A stretch of DNA of 64,000 bases, taken from positions 38,634 to 102,633 of the forward strand of contig ADNK01001387.1 of assembly GCA_000320545.1 (NCBI GenBank). The letters run 5' to 3'. The position numbers and the translations under genes were made by a program. This stretch comes from Bigelowiella natans CCMP2755 (Eukaryota; Protista; Cercozoa). Each line of letters begins with the position of its first letter. Position 1 is the first letter of the stretch. The notes under the pieces were generated by a model. That model was not told the DNA's origin. It worked only from the letters and a program-made list of their open reading frames with translations, and did not search any database. This document shows, piece after piece, positions 22,727 to 35,624 of this stretch.

Positions 22727-24692
22727 ATGGAATCCAAAGTAGACTTAGTTAAAGTTCAAATAGTAGTTGTTCTAGTATTGCCTAATTATATAACGCAAAC
22801 GAGCTTTACTCTCTTCTGTGATGTCCATAGCAGAACGGAGAAAGAAGCGACAGCAGTCGAAGCAATGCCGTTCTTCATGTTTTATGGGACATTGAAAATT
22901 GCTTCTTGCCGCCCAAGGCTCACGGCGGAGAAGCGTCAAGAAAGATTATCGACGCAATGGAGGAACAATTTCAGAAGGTGTGCAACGAAATATTATTATT
23001 ATTCGAGATACTTACCTCCTCCATGTGAGTAGCTGTTGAATTGAGATTGTTGGGCACTCAGGACCATAATGGCCAGCTTCCATGGCATACGGTTGTGAAG
23101 GCTTTCGTGCAAGTTAGTGTCGCAGCAAGACACGCCTTTCAAGTTCAGGCGGAAAAGTTTCACGAGAACGGCGTTAAGACTATCTTGGTCCCGAATCCAA
23201 GGGTAATAATTTATCTAAAGAAGAGGTCGTTGTGTTAAGTTGTGATGTGTTGTGTTGTAACATGCTCCTTTTGCTTGCACAAATAGAGGGGATGCAATAC
23301 TACAAGCCCATCGTTATTTCTCGCCATCTTGCTGAATCAGTTCATAATTGCCCACAGGGGAAAAAGGAGCGAGCAGATTTCATGATCAAAGATGAAATTA
23401 CGGAGATAATGACCTTCTCCCGAAATCCTTATGCCATAGGATTGGTATCGGGGGACGGTGATTTCTCCTCGCAGCTAAGCATGCTTAGAGCGAAACAAGT
23501 AAAGCTGTATACGATCACACCTGAAAATTCGAAAGCAGATTTTTCCCTTAACCAATATAAAGTTGTTGCTAGATGGCCATCCATCCTGCAACCATCACCT
23601 GACGAAGGCCTTATCGACTATATTCTTGATTTCTTGGAGTCTTCCTCATGGTCTGTACCTCTAAAGAAGTACTTAGATGAAATATGTTTGGTTTTCGATT
23701 CTTGTTCCCAAGAGAACAAGTTGTTGTATACCAAGCTTCATGATGATTATCGCGAGATGATGGAATCTATGCTGGAGTCTGCTCTTGATGAATTGGAAGT
23801 TACGCATGAGAACTTCGTGCGCTCCCTCTCTAAACGTGCCAAGTCTTGGACGCAAGAAGAGCGGAAAAGAAAAGTTCTGGTGGAAAAAATCGACGATATT
23901 TTACGACTCGACGACTTCGAATACTTCAGGTCCAAGATAATAGCACGCCAAAAGGAGATACTGGCAAAGACTGAAAGGCTTAAAAGAAACTTAAAAAGAA
24001 AGGGATCATCATCTAATATTACCACTAATAACCGACAGCAGCCAAAATATCAAGGTCAATCGGTAATTCACGATCGAAGAGGAGAAGGTAAAAAACAAGG
24101 GAGTACATGGCAAAAATCAAGCGAGGATGTCTTCCAAGAGTACATGAAAAGCACTGAAGTTGTGCATGGAATTGTTGCTGGTGTTCGCCGTAAAAGAGGC
24201 TTTGGTTTCATTGCTATTACTGGTGTATCTACGAATCTATACTTTCATTTTAACCAAGTAGTTAGAAAAAATGCCTTTGCGAAGAGGTATCCTCAACGAG
24301 GAGATGCTGTTACCTTCTTCGTGACCCACGCTCGGAGGAAGAACAAAGGCTCCAAATTCGAAGCAGCGGGAGTAAGATGGGGAGAGGGAGTCAAACCTAA
24401 CAGTCCCCAGTCAGAAGATCAACACATTGCCGCAGTGCTGGATGGCAAGTATTTGACAGGAGTCATTACGATGTTGGACGCTGACCAAACTTACGGGGCA
24501 ATTAGCTCTCCCATCTTTTCAAAGATGATCATTTTCTACACTCAGGATTTTTCAAAGGCAGAACACGATGCACGCCTGTCACCAATCGCTCCAGGATCAT
24601 CAGTCATGTTCAAGATCAAGAAAGGAGCCACAGTGGAATCAACAGACGATGAAGTGTTCTTGCGGGCATCCAGTGTAAGAGCAACGTTCTGA
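22727..24692 (+). CDS. NYN (LabA/PIN-like RNase) + BART (ARL2/ARL3-binding) + two cold-shock/OB domains
   Basis: MESK|QNGERS...VLWDIENCFLP, KERADFMIKD and GLVSGDGDFSSQLSMLR are NYN acidic motifs. LIDYILDFLESSSWSVPLKKYLDEICLVFD...YTKLHDDYREMMESML...DDFEYFRSKI is BART/CFAP36-like. GIVAGVRRKRGFGFI...LYFHFNQV...GDAVTF is a CSD with RNP1/RNP2, followed by a second OB-like unit. The start codon is tentative. Confidence 0.8.
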
Positions 24693-25325
24693 AAAGTGAC
24701 AATTGTTGACTGTCAACGTGTGCGCCGTCAGCCGTGCATCTGGGGCGATCGGATCGGAATGGTCAGCCGCCGTGAATCGAATGCATGTGTCATGCCTGAG
24801 ACGGATGCAATGAATTGATCAAATGTTTTCAATGATCATCCTGATGTCTAGATGTGAGACGGATGTAATGAAATGTTTAAATTTTTCAATGGTCATCCTA
24901 ATGTAGCTGTGCAGTGCAGCGGCTACAGCGCTTAAATTGTGTCTGATGTCTAGATGTGTAGCTGTGCAATGCAGCAGCTGCAGCGCTTGTCTAGCTTGTG
25001 CTGTGTTTGTTGGTTTCCACAGTCACGTGTTGCATGTATGCCAGCATGTGAAAGCATTTTCTCTGTTTCGTGTGCATGTCTAGCGCAGTGCGCAACGGCG
25101 CGCTCTTTTCTTTCAGCCTCACTGCAGCCTGGTCATAATCAAGTGCGTACGTGCTGTCCACATGTGCGGTCCATGATGGCTGTCAACTGGTTGCGCACAG
25201 TTTGCGCTGCTGGTGAGCGCTAGCTGTGGCTAGCAGAGCGTAGTCGATGCATCATTGGGTGTTGCTTGCTAATCTAAATCTGTTTCCACTTGATGCTACA
25301 TGTTGATTAAGCATGCATGCTCTGT
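24693..25325. other. TG/CA-rich tract at a convergent junction, containing diverged tandem repeats
   Basis: Lies between stops 24692 (+) and 25326 (-). The unit tgagacggatg...catcct.atgt occurs at ~24797 and ~24856; gtagctgtgca.tgcagc.gct.cagcgctt occurs at ~24904 and ~24958. Confidence 0.7.
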
Positions 25326-26054
25326 TCACATTCTTGAAAATCGCTCAAACTTCTTGACAGCTTCCCTGGAGCCAAAGTCCATCATGATCTCTTCTGACCC
25401 CCCTGGTATTGCGTATGCACGAACATCCCTGTACAAAGCCTCTACTTTAGCACCAACACCCCCGCGCGTATATGCAGCGCCGCCGAAGATCTGCGCTGCC
25501 TCACGTGCGCAGAATTCAAAGGTTTTGGACGCGTGAGTCTTGAGGAGAGCGATAGCACCCCCTAGCTTCATGTTGGACTCCTTCTTCTTCATCGTCGTTA
25601 GCTGATATCTGCAGTATGTATTATGCAGCATTCAATTTAATACCATAGCTTGTACCAGCAGCAGTACGTAATAATAGCTGTCAAGTAGGAAAGATGGTGA
25701 TTAGACTAGTACTCACGTAATGCTTTCAAGCCAACACTGAGCAGACTCAATCTTACGAATCATTTCTGCAAGCTTCATTCGAATACTCTGATGCTTAATC
25801 AAAGGTTTCCCTATGTAGTAAACACAATCGAAGAACAGTTATTAGAAGTGTAGAATTGGAACGAGGATATACTATTTAACAATTCAATGAAAATAAGAAA
25901 CAAAACCAATGCACATATCTATTACGTGATAGATACGAAATTTTGACACTTTTTGCGTATCTATATTACTAGAGTAAATTTTTTTTCACTATCCGGCAAG
26001 CAAAGCTTTATCATCAGCACTCCTTTATTTTACTAGTACAGTTATGAATTGTTT

Positions 26055-26088
<34 letters not shown>

Positions 26089-26095
26089 ACTACTA

Positions 26096-26129
<34 letters not shown>

Positions 26130-27353
26130 GCTGCTGCAACTTGTACTAGTAGTACCGAAAGTCTTGCGTTTAGATGCGTACTTGAATGCTTCCTCATAGC
26201 AAACACGTGCAAATCGTAGCGTTTGTACGATAAGTCCCCACCTCTCATGATTGAAATTATACATGACGTAGTTCCAGCCCTTGTTTTCCTAAAAATGGTA
26301 ACATCAATGGAATGAGAATAATGGGAACATTACAAATAGCAAGATCAATGCAATGAGAATAACAAGAAAAGTAAATGAAAGAACAGTAAGTGATAACCAG
26401 GACAAAACAAGTAATTGATGTGTTGCGTTTATGTTACGCTGCTTTTGATGTTGATGCTGCTGACAGCATTAAAAACAGTACAAGTACATCTGATATTCTT
26501 GCTGCTGCTCCTTTTATTACTACCTTGCCAATGAGGTTCTCAACCGGAACCTTGACGTCCTAGAGAATAATAATAATATTAATAATGAGGAGAAGAAATG
26601 GTAGTAATGATGATATATCACTAGGAAGCAGAAGGAAGACTACCCACAAATACACTACACGTACCACTTTGCAATGACTCATACCTGCTGGTGCTACTAG
26701 TACTAGTACTACTACTACTACCTCAAAATTGATGTATGTCGTACCAGAAGCCCACACACCCATGCACTTCATGTGCCTGGTTGAAACTCCTTCCATATCT
26801 CTCTCGATCAACAACAAAGAAATCCCTTTGCCACCAGGCCCACCTGTGCGTACCTACGATGAAAGTTATGATGACAAAAGAACCAGTAGGAAGACACTAA
26901 TTAAAGAGTTGATAATTCCTCTTGACTCCTCCTCCCCTCCTTTGTACTGATATGCTGATGTTTTCCTCCTACTGCACCCAATTATTACTATTTACTATAC
27001 TACTACTACTAGCAGTAGTAGCAGTTAGTAATAGTACTACCGCGACAGTGTAGTAGTCAGCCCAGATGCCATTCGTGATCCACTTCTTCGAGCCATTGAC
27101 AATATAGTACTTGCCGCATTTAGACTTTTTGGCTGTAGTTTGCAGCCCTGCTACATCGCTACCAGCCCATGGTTCCGTTATGCATAAGCATATGATCTAT
27201 AGAATGATGATGATGATAATAATGATGATGACGATGATACTACTACTTTAGTTGAGAGATTGTTTGTACATTGTTAACTTGTTATTTGTGTTCTCATATT
27301 CTTGGTAGATTTACTATGTTTATTAGAACTTTACTACTACTACAACAACAGCA

Positions 27354-27388
<35 letters not shown>

Positions 27389-28222
27389 GACTTACTAGCT
27401 ATGGATATAAAGACAACATCTTTCACACTTTTTTTTTTTCCCCTCCTTTTTCTTCTTCCGTTATCAATCTTTTCAACCGTTTACACCAGCATTATGTGTA
27501 ATTTTTGGATGTATTGCGTTTGCTTGTTCTTTGTAAAGCAGCTTCTTCTTCCTTCACATACATGGTCATCATAACATTTATCATAACTGCTAATACCTTT
27601 TTGCCGTTTAAGCAACCAGGGACAACGCGCCTTTTAAGTTCCTCTGAGCCGAAGTGAATCACCGGTGGCAGTCCGATGGTAATACCCCCCAAAAAGCCCC
27701 AAGTTACACCACCTGAACCTAAAAGAAGAGGGATAGAGGATGAGGGCGATGGTGATGATGATACAATGGATAGTTATCATATGTTTGATGTGTTGGTTCT
27801 TATTTTGTATGGTTTATTCATCCACCCAGTTATTACTCCTCGAAGAATAAACTATTATTATTATTATTACTATTATTATTACCGCAGCGGGACATCTCAT
27901 CGATGAAAATAAGCTCGTGAAAAGCGTCGAATCCAGGAGGACCCTGAGAATAGTAGTAGTAGTAGGAGGAGGAGGAGGAGGAGGAGGAGGAGGAGGAAGA
28001 AGAAGAGAACAGAGATTGGAGTAGAAAGAGAACGATAACGAGTCATTCGGAGAATTAGTAACAGTATGAACGAACAGTAATAATAGTAATGACACTAATA
28101 TTTCAATAGATATGATCCTTCTGTCCTCCTCTTCCTCTATTTTAGTCATCAAAGTTCCCTCTCAATTTAATGAGCGATCGCTACCACTTTATCACTACTG
28201 GCACCACCAGTACTGTCACAAT

Positions 28223-28254
<32 letters not shown>

Positions 28255-28410
28255 GTCTATTTATTATACTTGAACATCGACGAATTGTTTAGGCCAAGGA
28301 GCGCCAACGCATGCTGGCATGATGCTGTCTTTGTACATTTTGGTGAGAACCTATATGCAATATGTAGCATAAACGATGTTATGATAAGGATGATGACAAT
28401 GATGATGACA

Positions 28411-28443
<33 letters not shown>

Positions 28444-28593
28444 GGGAAGCAAGTACGTACGCAGTAGTAGTGGTAGTACTACCTCACGATAACCATTTTC
28501 CCCAGGACCGTAGTTTTCGTTCCATTTCTGCACGTTTGGGGTTACATGCTCGTCCATCCTATTTTGTTTGTTATTACTTTTTATATTACACTA

Positions 28594-28627
<34 letters not shown>

Positions 28628-28928
28628 CATTGTTTACTACTACCACTACTACTACTACTCAGGTAGCAGTAGCATATATAAAATGTGATGATAAACAGCA
28701 GCAGTAGAACAGCTGGGTGGTAACAATATTAATAGCTAAATAATCCAGAGGAAGAAGAAATGTAGTATAATCGATGAAAAGAGTACAACAGTCACTATCA
28801 ACTCCCTGCGTCTTTTCCCCATAGTAGTAGCAGTAGTAGTACAACAATAACAACAACAACAACAACACATTGGCTTTTATCGATCCAACACAATTATTAC
28901 TATTATTTATGTGTACAAAATGCTGCTT

Positions 28929-28959
<31 letters not shown>

Positions 28960-29307
28960 ATCACTATTATATGGTAAGTAATCACAACAACTACCAAGCC
29001 CTGCACTTCTTCCGCCACAGCACATGCGTCTCTTTATAGTAAGGACTGTTCAGCGTTTGGTACCAAGCTGGATCACCATAAGGCACTAACTGGCCAAAGG
29101 GATTTGTCCGTACAAGGACTGACATATCTGGCTTAGGTGCTGGGCCAAACATCGAGTTGAGAGTCATCGATATAGCCTTATCACGCTTATTCTCATACCT
29201 GATAAATGCATAATTATGATTATGATAATTTTGAGAATAAGGAGGAGGAGGAGGAGGAGGAGGAGGAGGAGGAGGAGGAAGGAGTTGAACAGCATTTTAG
29301 ACTTATC

Positions 29308-29338
<31 letters not shown>

Positions 29339-30417
29339 CGGCAGCAGCGGCATGTTTGTCAGCATCATGATCGATGTCTGCGATGAAATGGCGTCATTTC
29401 AACAAAAACGACCATGTGCAGGCTGCTGAAGATACTTTGACTTTAATATTATTATTATTATTATTTATTATTATTATCATCATTACTTTGCTTGGGCTTC
29501 CTTAGCATCGGGTGTTGCCGCACGCAGTGCACTCTTCGCAGCCTTGAAGAAAAGAAGAAACAGATTCTATTGTTTAAATCCGAGCGACAGATACATTTTA
29601 ATTAACCTCTCTCTGCTTTCGTCATCATTTAGTGTTACATTTCTTACCATTTTAGTACTAGTACTTCGTCATTATTCTCTCTCTTATTATTATTATTATT
29701 ATTATCATCATCATTATCATTATCTGAAGTGGTAGTAACCTTGGAATCTTGGATATAACCGACAAGCAGTCGAGGCTTGTACTTACGCATTACGTCTAAG
29801 CAATTGCAAGTAAGTAGTGGCGGTGAAATATGAATACTGTAGTAGTAGTAGTAGTCCGTTGATGTATCTTTTCAGTTAGTAAGTAAGCTCCGCAAAGCAG
29901 CAGCAACAACAACATTAAAAGCAATTTGGACTGTAAAAAGAAATAACATGTACACTACACAACCTGGGCCATGGAAAAGCCCGTACTTCTTTGTTACATC
30001 CTTCCCAGCCTAAAAATTAATAATAGAGACTTATTATTATTCACATTTAAGCTCACGTAGGTATGTGTGTGCATTGTCGTCGTCGTCGTCGTCGTCGTAT
30101 TATTATTATCATCATCACTACTACTAATACTACTACTACTGATAATAATAATCATAATAATGACAAGCAGCACCTCTTGAGCCAGGACCAAACGGCCACC
30201 TGGGTGAGCGTCAACAAAGTCACTGATGTCAAACACCTACAAATAATGGAGTATGATACTCAACAAATTAAGGAGGAGGAGGAGGAGGGGGAGGGGGGGG
30301 ACTAAATCTTTACATAGCTACTTTTTGAGTATTTGTAACCTGTCCGTCGATGATGACCCACATGTCACCCTCATTGCTGTGCTTTCCAACCTCCTCCCTA
30401 GTGAACGTCTGAGGCAT
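25326..30417 (-). CDS. Cytochrome b5 domain-acyl-CoA dehydrogenase fusion with C-terminal PTS1-like SRM
   Basis: [25 protein letters not shown]...DFVDAHPGG (b5 heme motif). ACAD motifs [66 protein letters not shown]. Ends KKFERFSRM*. Many microsatellite-filled introns. Confidence 0.92.
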
Positions 30418-30424
30418 GATGACG

Positions 30425-30456
<32 letters not shown>

Positions 30457-31626
30457 CATGGTCAACCTGTCGAATAATAATAAGTGTACGATATGGTGCA
30501 TCCATAGAACGCGTGCACTAGCATACCTTGATTTCCTCACTCATTTTTGCTAACTTCTGGTTCGTGTTATGGACACCTGAGCATTGAATTTACATAGGAG
30601 ATGGTTGACAGTGGTAGTATGCCATGCAGAAGGAAAAAGTTGCCTCGTCGATGACTTCATCGATCTATGTCTCTGCTCCTTTAGATCTATCATAGTACCT
30701 GGTCTAGTCGGCACTCTGCGTGTGTGTGTGTGTTTGTGTTGTGTGTGTGTGGGTGTGGGTGTGTGTGTATGCAATTGTGCTAATATTTTGTACGTGATTG
30801 ATGCATTTATCATCATATCGTTATTTTTCCAACAAATCCTATTCAAAATCCCCTCAAATTCTCATCAGTGTTTAGGATTTTCATACCAGGTGTCCAAATG
30901 AAACGTTAAATGTTATTTGTACGACATGCACAAAGTAGTATTTGCACAACAAAATCCCCTAGATTTCCTAGGATTTCCTGGATTTCTATGTCAATAGATC
31001 TATCTAGATCTACATCCGATGGACGTAGTCCGATTCGTAGCAAGTGCTTCAAAGAGGGGTACTCTCGTGCATGAATGATCTAGAATAGAAGATAAAGTCG
31101 AATAATAATAATGTGAACCCTGATGATAATAATAAGAAGGTTTTACACTGGTTCTGTGCAAGCCACACTTGTCTTAGATCTACATATAAAAGAAGAGTCC
31201 TATCATATTCTGTGTTTCAACAGGGGGGTACTCATAACATATTTGAATACATCTACTCCCGACAAGTAGACGTTTTTGACCCATTTGGGTCTATGTTGAT
31301 TCCCGCATGTCCAAAATATGTCCATTTTTCTGGCTACTTGCAAATGAAATAATACCGCATTCTGAATCATCTAGTTTTTGGCATGAGACAAATCCATTTA
31401 CAAGTCGCAATATCACCGTGAGAACAATGTTTAAAAATGGATCCCATTTTTGTGTATTCAAGACCTCCAACAAGGAATTCTTAGTAGATCTTCTCGTAGA
31501 TATATTACGCGTACGAACATGATGAAAAAGTTGTCGTCGTAGAACATAAATTCAGGGGGGTTTTCCTAAATACTCCCACAATTGTCCTGCACGAGACTAG
31601 TAGTCGAGAGGAGCCACACCACAAAA
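30418..31626. promoter_or_regulatory. Shared bidirectional promoter of ACAD and DegP with four TAGATCTA palindromes
   Basis: TAGATCTA at 30682, 30995, 31005 and 31175; near-match TAGATCTT at 31485. Regulatory function is inferred from position only. Confidence 0.45.
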
Positions 31627-33791
31627 ATGGCAGCTGAGTTGCATCGATCCTACAGGGAAGTGGTTCAGCCCTCCCTCCAGGCTGTCGTATCCATCTACAC
31701 CAGCGGAAAGGTCTCTCCCCAACCTGAATTTCCCCTCGAATCGACGATATCTGATCGCAGTGATCTGTGCCAAGCATTCGTAACAACCGCAATGATCTGT
31801 TTTAGTTGCATACCTGTAAGACTGTGGTAGCATCTGTAAATTTTGCTCATGTCTAATTTGTATGTCCAACGAATATATGTTATTTTTAATGGCTTCGTCG
31901 TCGTCGTCGTCGTCGTCGTCTTTTCACGTGTAGGTGTCCGAAGAGGCGAAGAAGAATTTCCAGTTTGGACCCTTCAAATTTTTCGAAATACCTGAGAATG
32001 ATGATGGGCCTCCCCCACAAAAACTACGGCAGGCATTGGGATCTGGCGTCATAGTCAGAAAGAATGGCCTGGTTGTTAATATCTAACAGCACGATTATTT
32101 TGCACCAAATCATAAACAGTACGAAGCATTTGAAGAAGAAGAAGAAGAAGCAGAAGAAGAGAGGCGATATGGCGAATCAAACGCTGCTTCGTCAGCAGAT
32201 TTAAGAAACGAGGAAATCCAATTTTGTATCATTTTGGGCTGCTCCACATTTCCTCTCTTTTACATCACTGCAGGTTATCACGAACAACCACGTTATCAAA
32301 GCTGCCGATGAGATCAAGGTTGTCCTCCTTAAAACAACAACAATATGCGACCAGCAAGCCGTAACGCTATAAAAGGCGACGACACTATGCTATAATGGTT
32401 CTTCTTCTTCTTCTTCTTCTGACCATAATCACTTATGATGTGTGACATAATGTGCAGGTAGTAATGGTGGATGGACGCACCTTCGATGCGAAAGTTATTG
32501 TCAAAGATGCAGATTGCGGTATGAAAGTCCTCGTGATTGCTGTTAAAATTCCATACCAAATAAACATCTGAACACCTGAATAGAGATAATCTAAAATGCA
32601 ACGACACACGCTACAACAAATAATTTTGATAAAGGAAGATAATGTTTGTTTCTACCTTCTCTACTCGTAATCATGTTACCAATTATTATGTAGATCTTGC
32701 GGCGCTGCGACTTGTGAAGGTTATTCTTCGCCATCCCAAGACAACATCCCTTGTCGTAGGATGGGGGGTTATTTCCTTTACAAAATAATCAGTACCATAT
32801 TTATGGAGACTATATCATCAGTTCCAAATATTTATAGACTGCAAAGAATGCATATCATCAGTAGTATCAAATATTATTTGTAGACTGCACAGAATGCTCA
32901 TTATTTTGAAGTTGACTTCCCGATGATTGAGTTGGGTCTTGGGCATGCTGTAGAGGTAGTAGTGTTACTGCTAGCAGTAGTAGTAGTAGTAGTGCGGCCA
33001 CCTTTACTTATTGGAACTATGAAGAGACAAATTCTTAAATCCATTGTTCTTTTCTCACTCCATCACATCACAGGTGGGAGACGTCTGCCTCGCCATTGGA
33101 AACAACTTAGGGTTACAAGGCACGGTGACTCAAGGTGCTACTATGAGTGCTGTAAAGCTCGTATGTTTGTACGTAGTAGCCTCCAACAAAGCAGCAGTAG
33201 CACTGGGCTGCATGGGTGGAGGGATGGTTTCTGCTAGTTTATAAATGAAAGAGGAGGAGGAGGAGGAGGAGGAGGAGGAGGAGTATAGTCGTCGTCTACA
33301 CCTTCCTCTTACTACTACTCCTATTCCACTACTATACACATCCCTCCTCCCTACCTACCTCTTTCGCCCATCAGGAATAATTCCACTACTATACACATCC
33401 CTCCCTACCTCCCTCTTCCCCCCATCAGGAATAATCTCAGCGGTAGGTCGTTTTATGGACAACAAACAGCCAGATAGTAGTAGAAGGACGGCGGCAAGAT
33501 CGAAACTACGGGTTCCATTGATACAGACCTCAGCTTCGATCAATCCTGGCAGCAGTGGGGGAGCTCTAGTGGATATGAACGGCCACCTAATCGGCATAAA
33601 TACTGCCATTGTATGTAGTAACAAAATGTGAAAGATGATTGTACCACTCCTCCCTTATCACTCATCCTCATATTACTGAAAAATAATCTTGCAGCACAAA
33701 ATGATGAGAAGATGCTCTTTCTTCCTCCTCCTCCTACCGCTATTACTGCTACTACAACTACCAATACTACAACTACCAATACCACTATACC

Positions 33792-33829
<38 letters not shown>

Positions 33830-34057
33830 AACTACTAGGTAACACCTTCTCGAGGCAATGTAGGGCTTGCCTTTGCCGTACCTGCCAATTACATTCTTCC
33901 AATTCTAGCAGCTGTAGATGCTAATGAGCCCTCGATTAAAAGGTAGGTATGGATGATATCATCATGTTTATGATCACATCACTGGCAGCAATAATATTTC
34001 CAATCAACAACAGCAGTATATTGCGTATGTGCTATCCTCTGTGCGTTTTATTATGTA

Positions 34058-34100
<43 letters not shown>

Positions 34101-34306
34101 TGTGTGTGTGCGCTACTGCTGCTGCTGTGCTGTGACATGACTGATATTTCTTCAGTGGTTGTTTTTCCTTCTTATTTTTGTTTTGTCAATTCTTCCCAGC
34201 TAATACTCCCTTGTTTCTCATTATGATTCAGATTCTTTCTTATTGTTCTTTTCAGGCCATTTATCGGTCTCACTCTTGGGCAGAATCCATGGCCTAAGAA
34301 AGTCTG

Positions 34307-34337
<31 letters not shown>

Positions 34338-34802
34338 AAAATAGATACATTATCGTCTGCTACTGCAAGTACTACTGTTACTATTTGTACTAGTATCACA
34401 ATTATTGGCATTTCAAAGTAATGCTGCACATATTCTCAAATATGATTAGTACCGGACACATGATCTCCTGGTCCTCCCATTCTCTCGACCTATCGAGAAA
34501 ATAGATGATAGTTTTTCTGCTGCTGCTTCTTCTTCCCTCATTATCATTATCATCACTCTATTGTTGTTGTTGTTGTTGTCTGCTGTCATAAGGGGATCTT
34601 AGTTCATGGTGTGATGAGAGATGGCCCTGCTGGAAGGGCAGGGGTATTTATTATATGTTTGACAATGTTAAGCAGCTGCTGCTAATGATGATGAGGAGGA
34701 GGAGGAGGAGGAGGAGGAGGAGGAAGAAGAAATGGAGAAGCAAGAGGGGAGGAAGGATGGATAAACGTCACATCTGGAATATATTTTCACATGATCTTAT
34801 AA

Positions 34803-34842
<40 letters not shown>

Positions 34843-35298
34843 CCATGTATACGTTACATACCAACCTCCTGTAATCAATCTTGTGGGGTTGTTTGGAAGG
34901 TATTGGCAAAGGACATCATTCTAAAGCTAAATAACACACCGACTCTCGATTCGGTGATGATGTTAAAAGCAGCAGCAGCAGTGACATAATAACTAGGAAC
35001 AGCAAGAGAAGGGAGGGGAGGGAACCGGTGGTCTTCCATGATGCTGCGAAATATGATGATGATGATGATGATGATTTCACACATAACAAAAGCAATAGCC
35101 CTTTTCTCTATGGATTGAGTAATATATTGATTACGAGAGTGCTACTTCCCTTCGCTAGTAGTGTATATGTAGCAGAACAAGTAGCATTTGTTATAAATAG
35201 CTTAGGAGCACATAATATTATTAATAATTGTGATCATCATCATCATCATCACTACTAATATACTGACTTGGTTGGCGAATGCTTGGTGGTTTCTCTCT

Positions 35299-35331
<33 letters not shown>

Positions 35332-35557
35332 CAAGGATCGATTCTTAATGATGATAGCCTTACAAAATATTGGATCAAGTGTGCAACTGAAGGTGATAGA
35401 AGTATGCTAGTAATGAGGATGGTGATGATGATGATGATGACAATGATGATGGTTTTATATGAGAAGGTAAATATTGTATCAACATGCATTTGAACGAGTG
35501 ATCATTCTTATAGAGCTTGGTGCGATATATGCTACTGTGACACGCTCTCTCTCTCTA

Positions 35558-35624
<67 letters not shown>

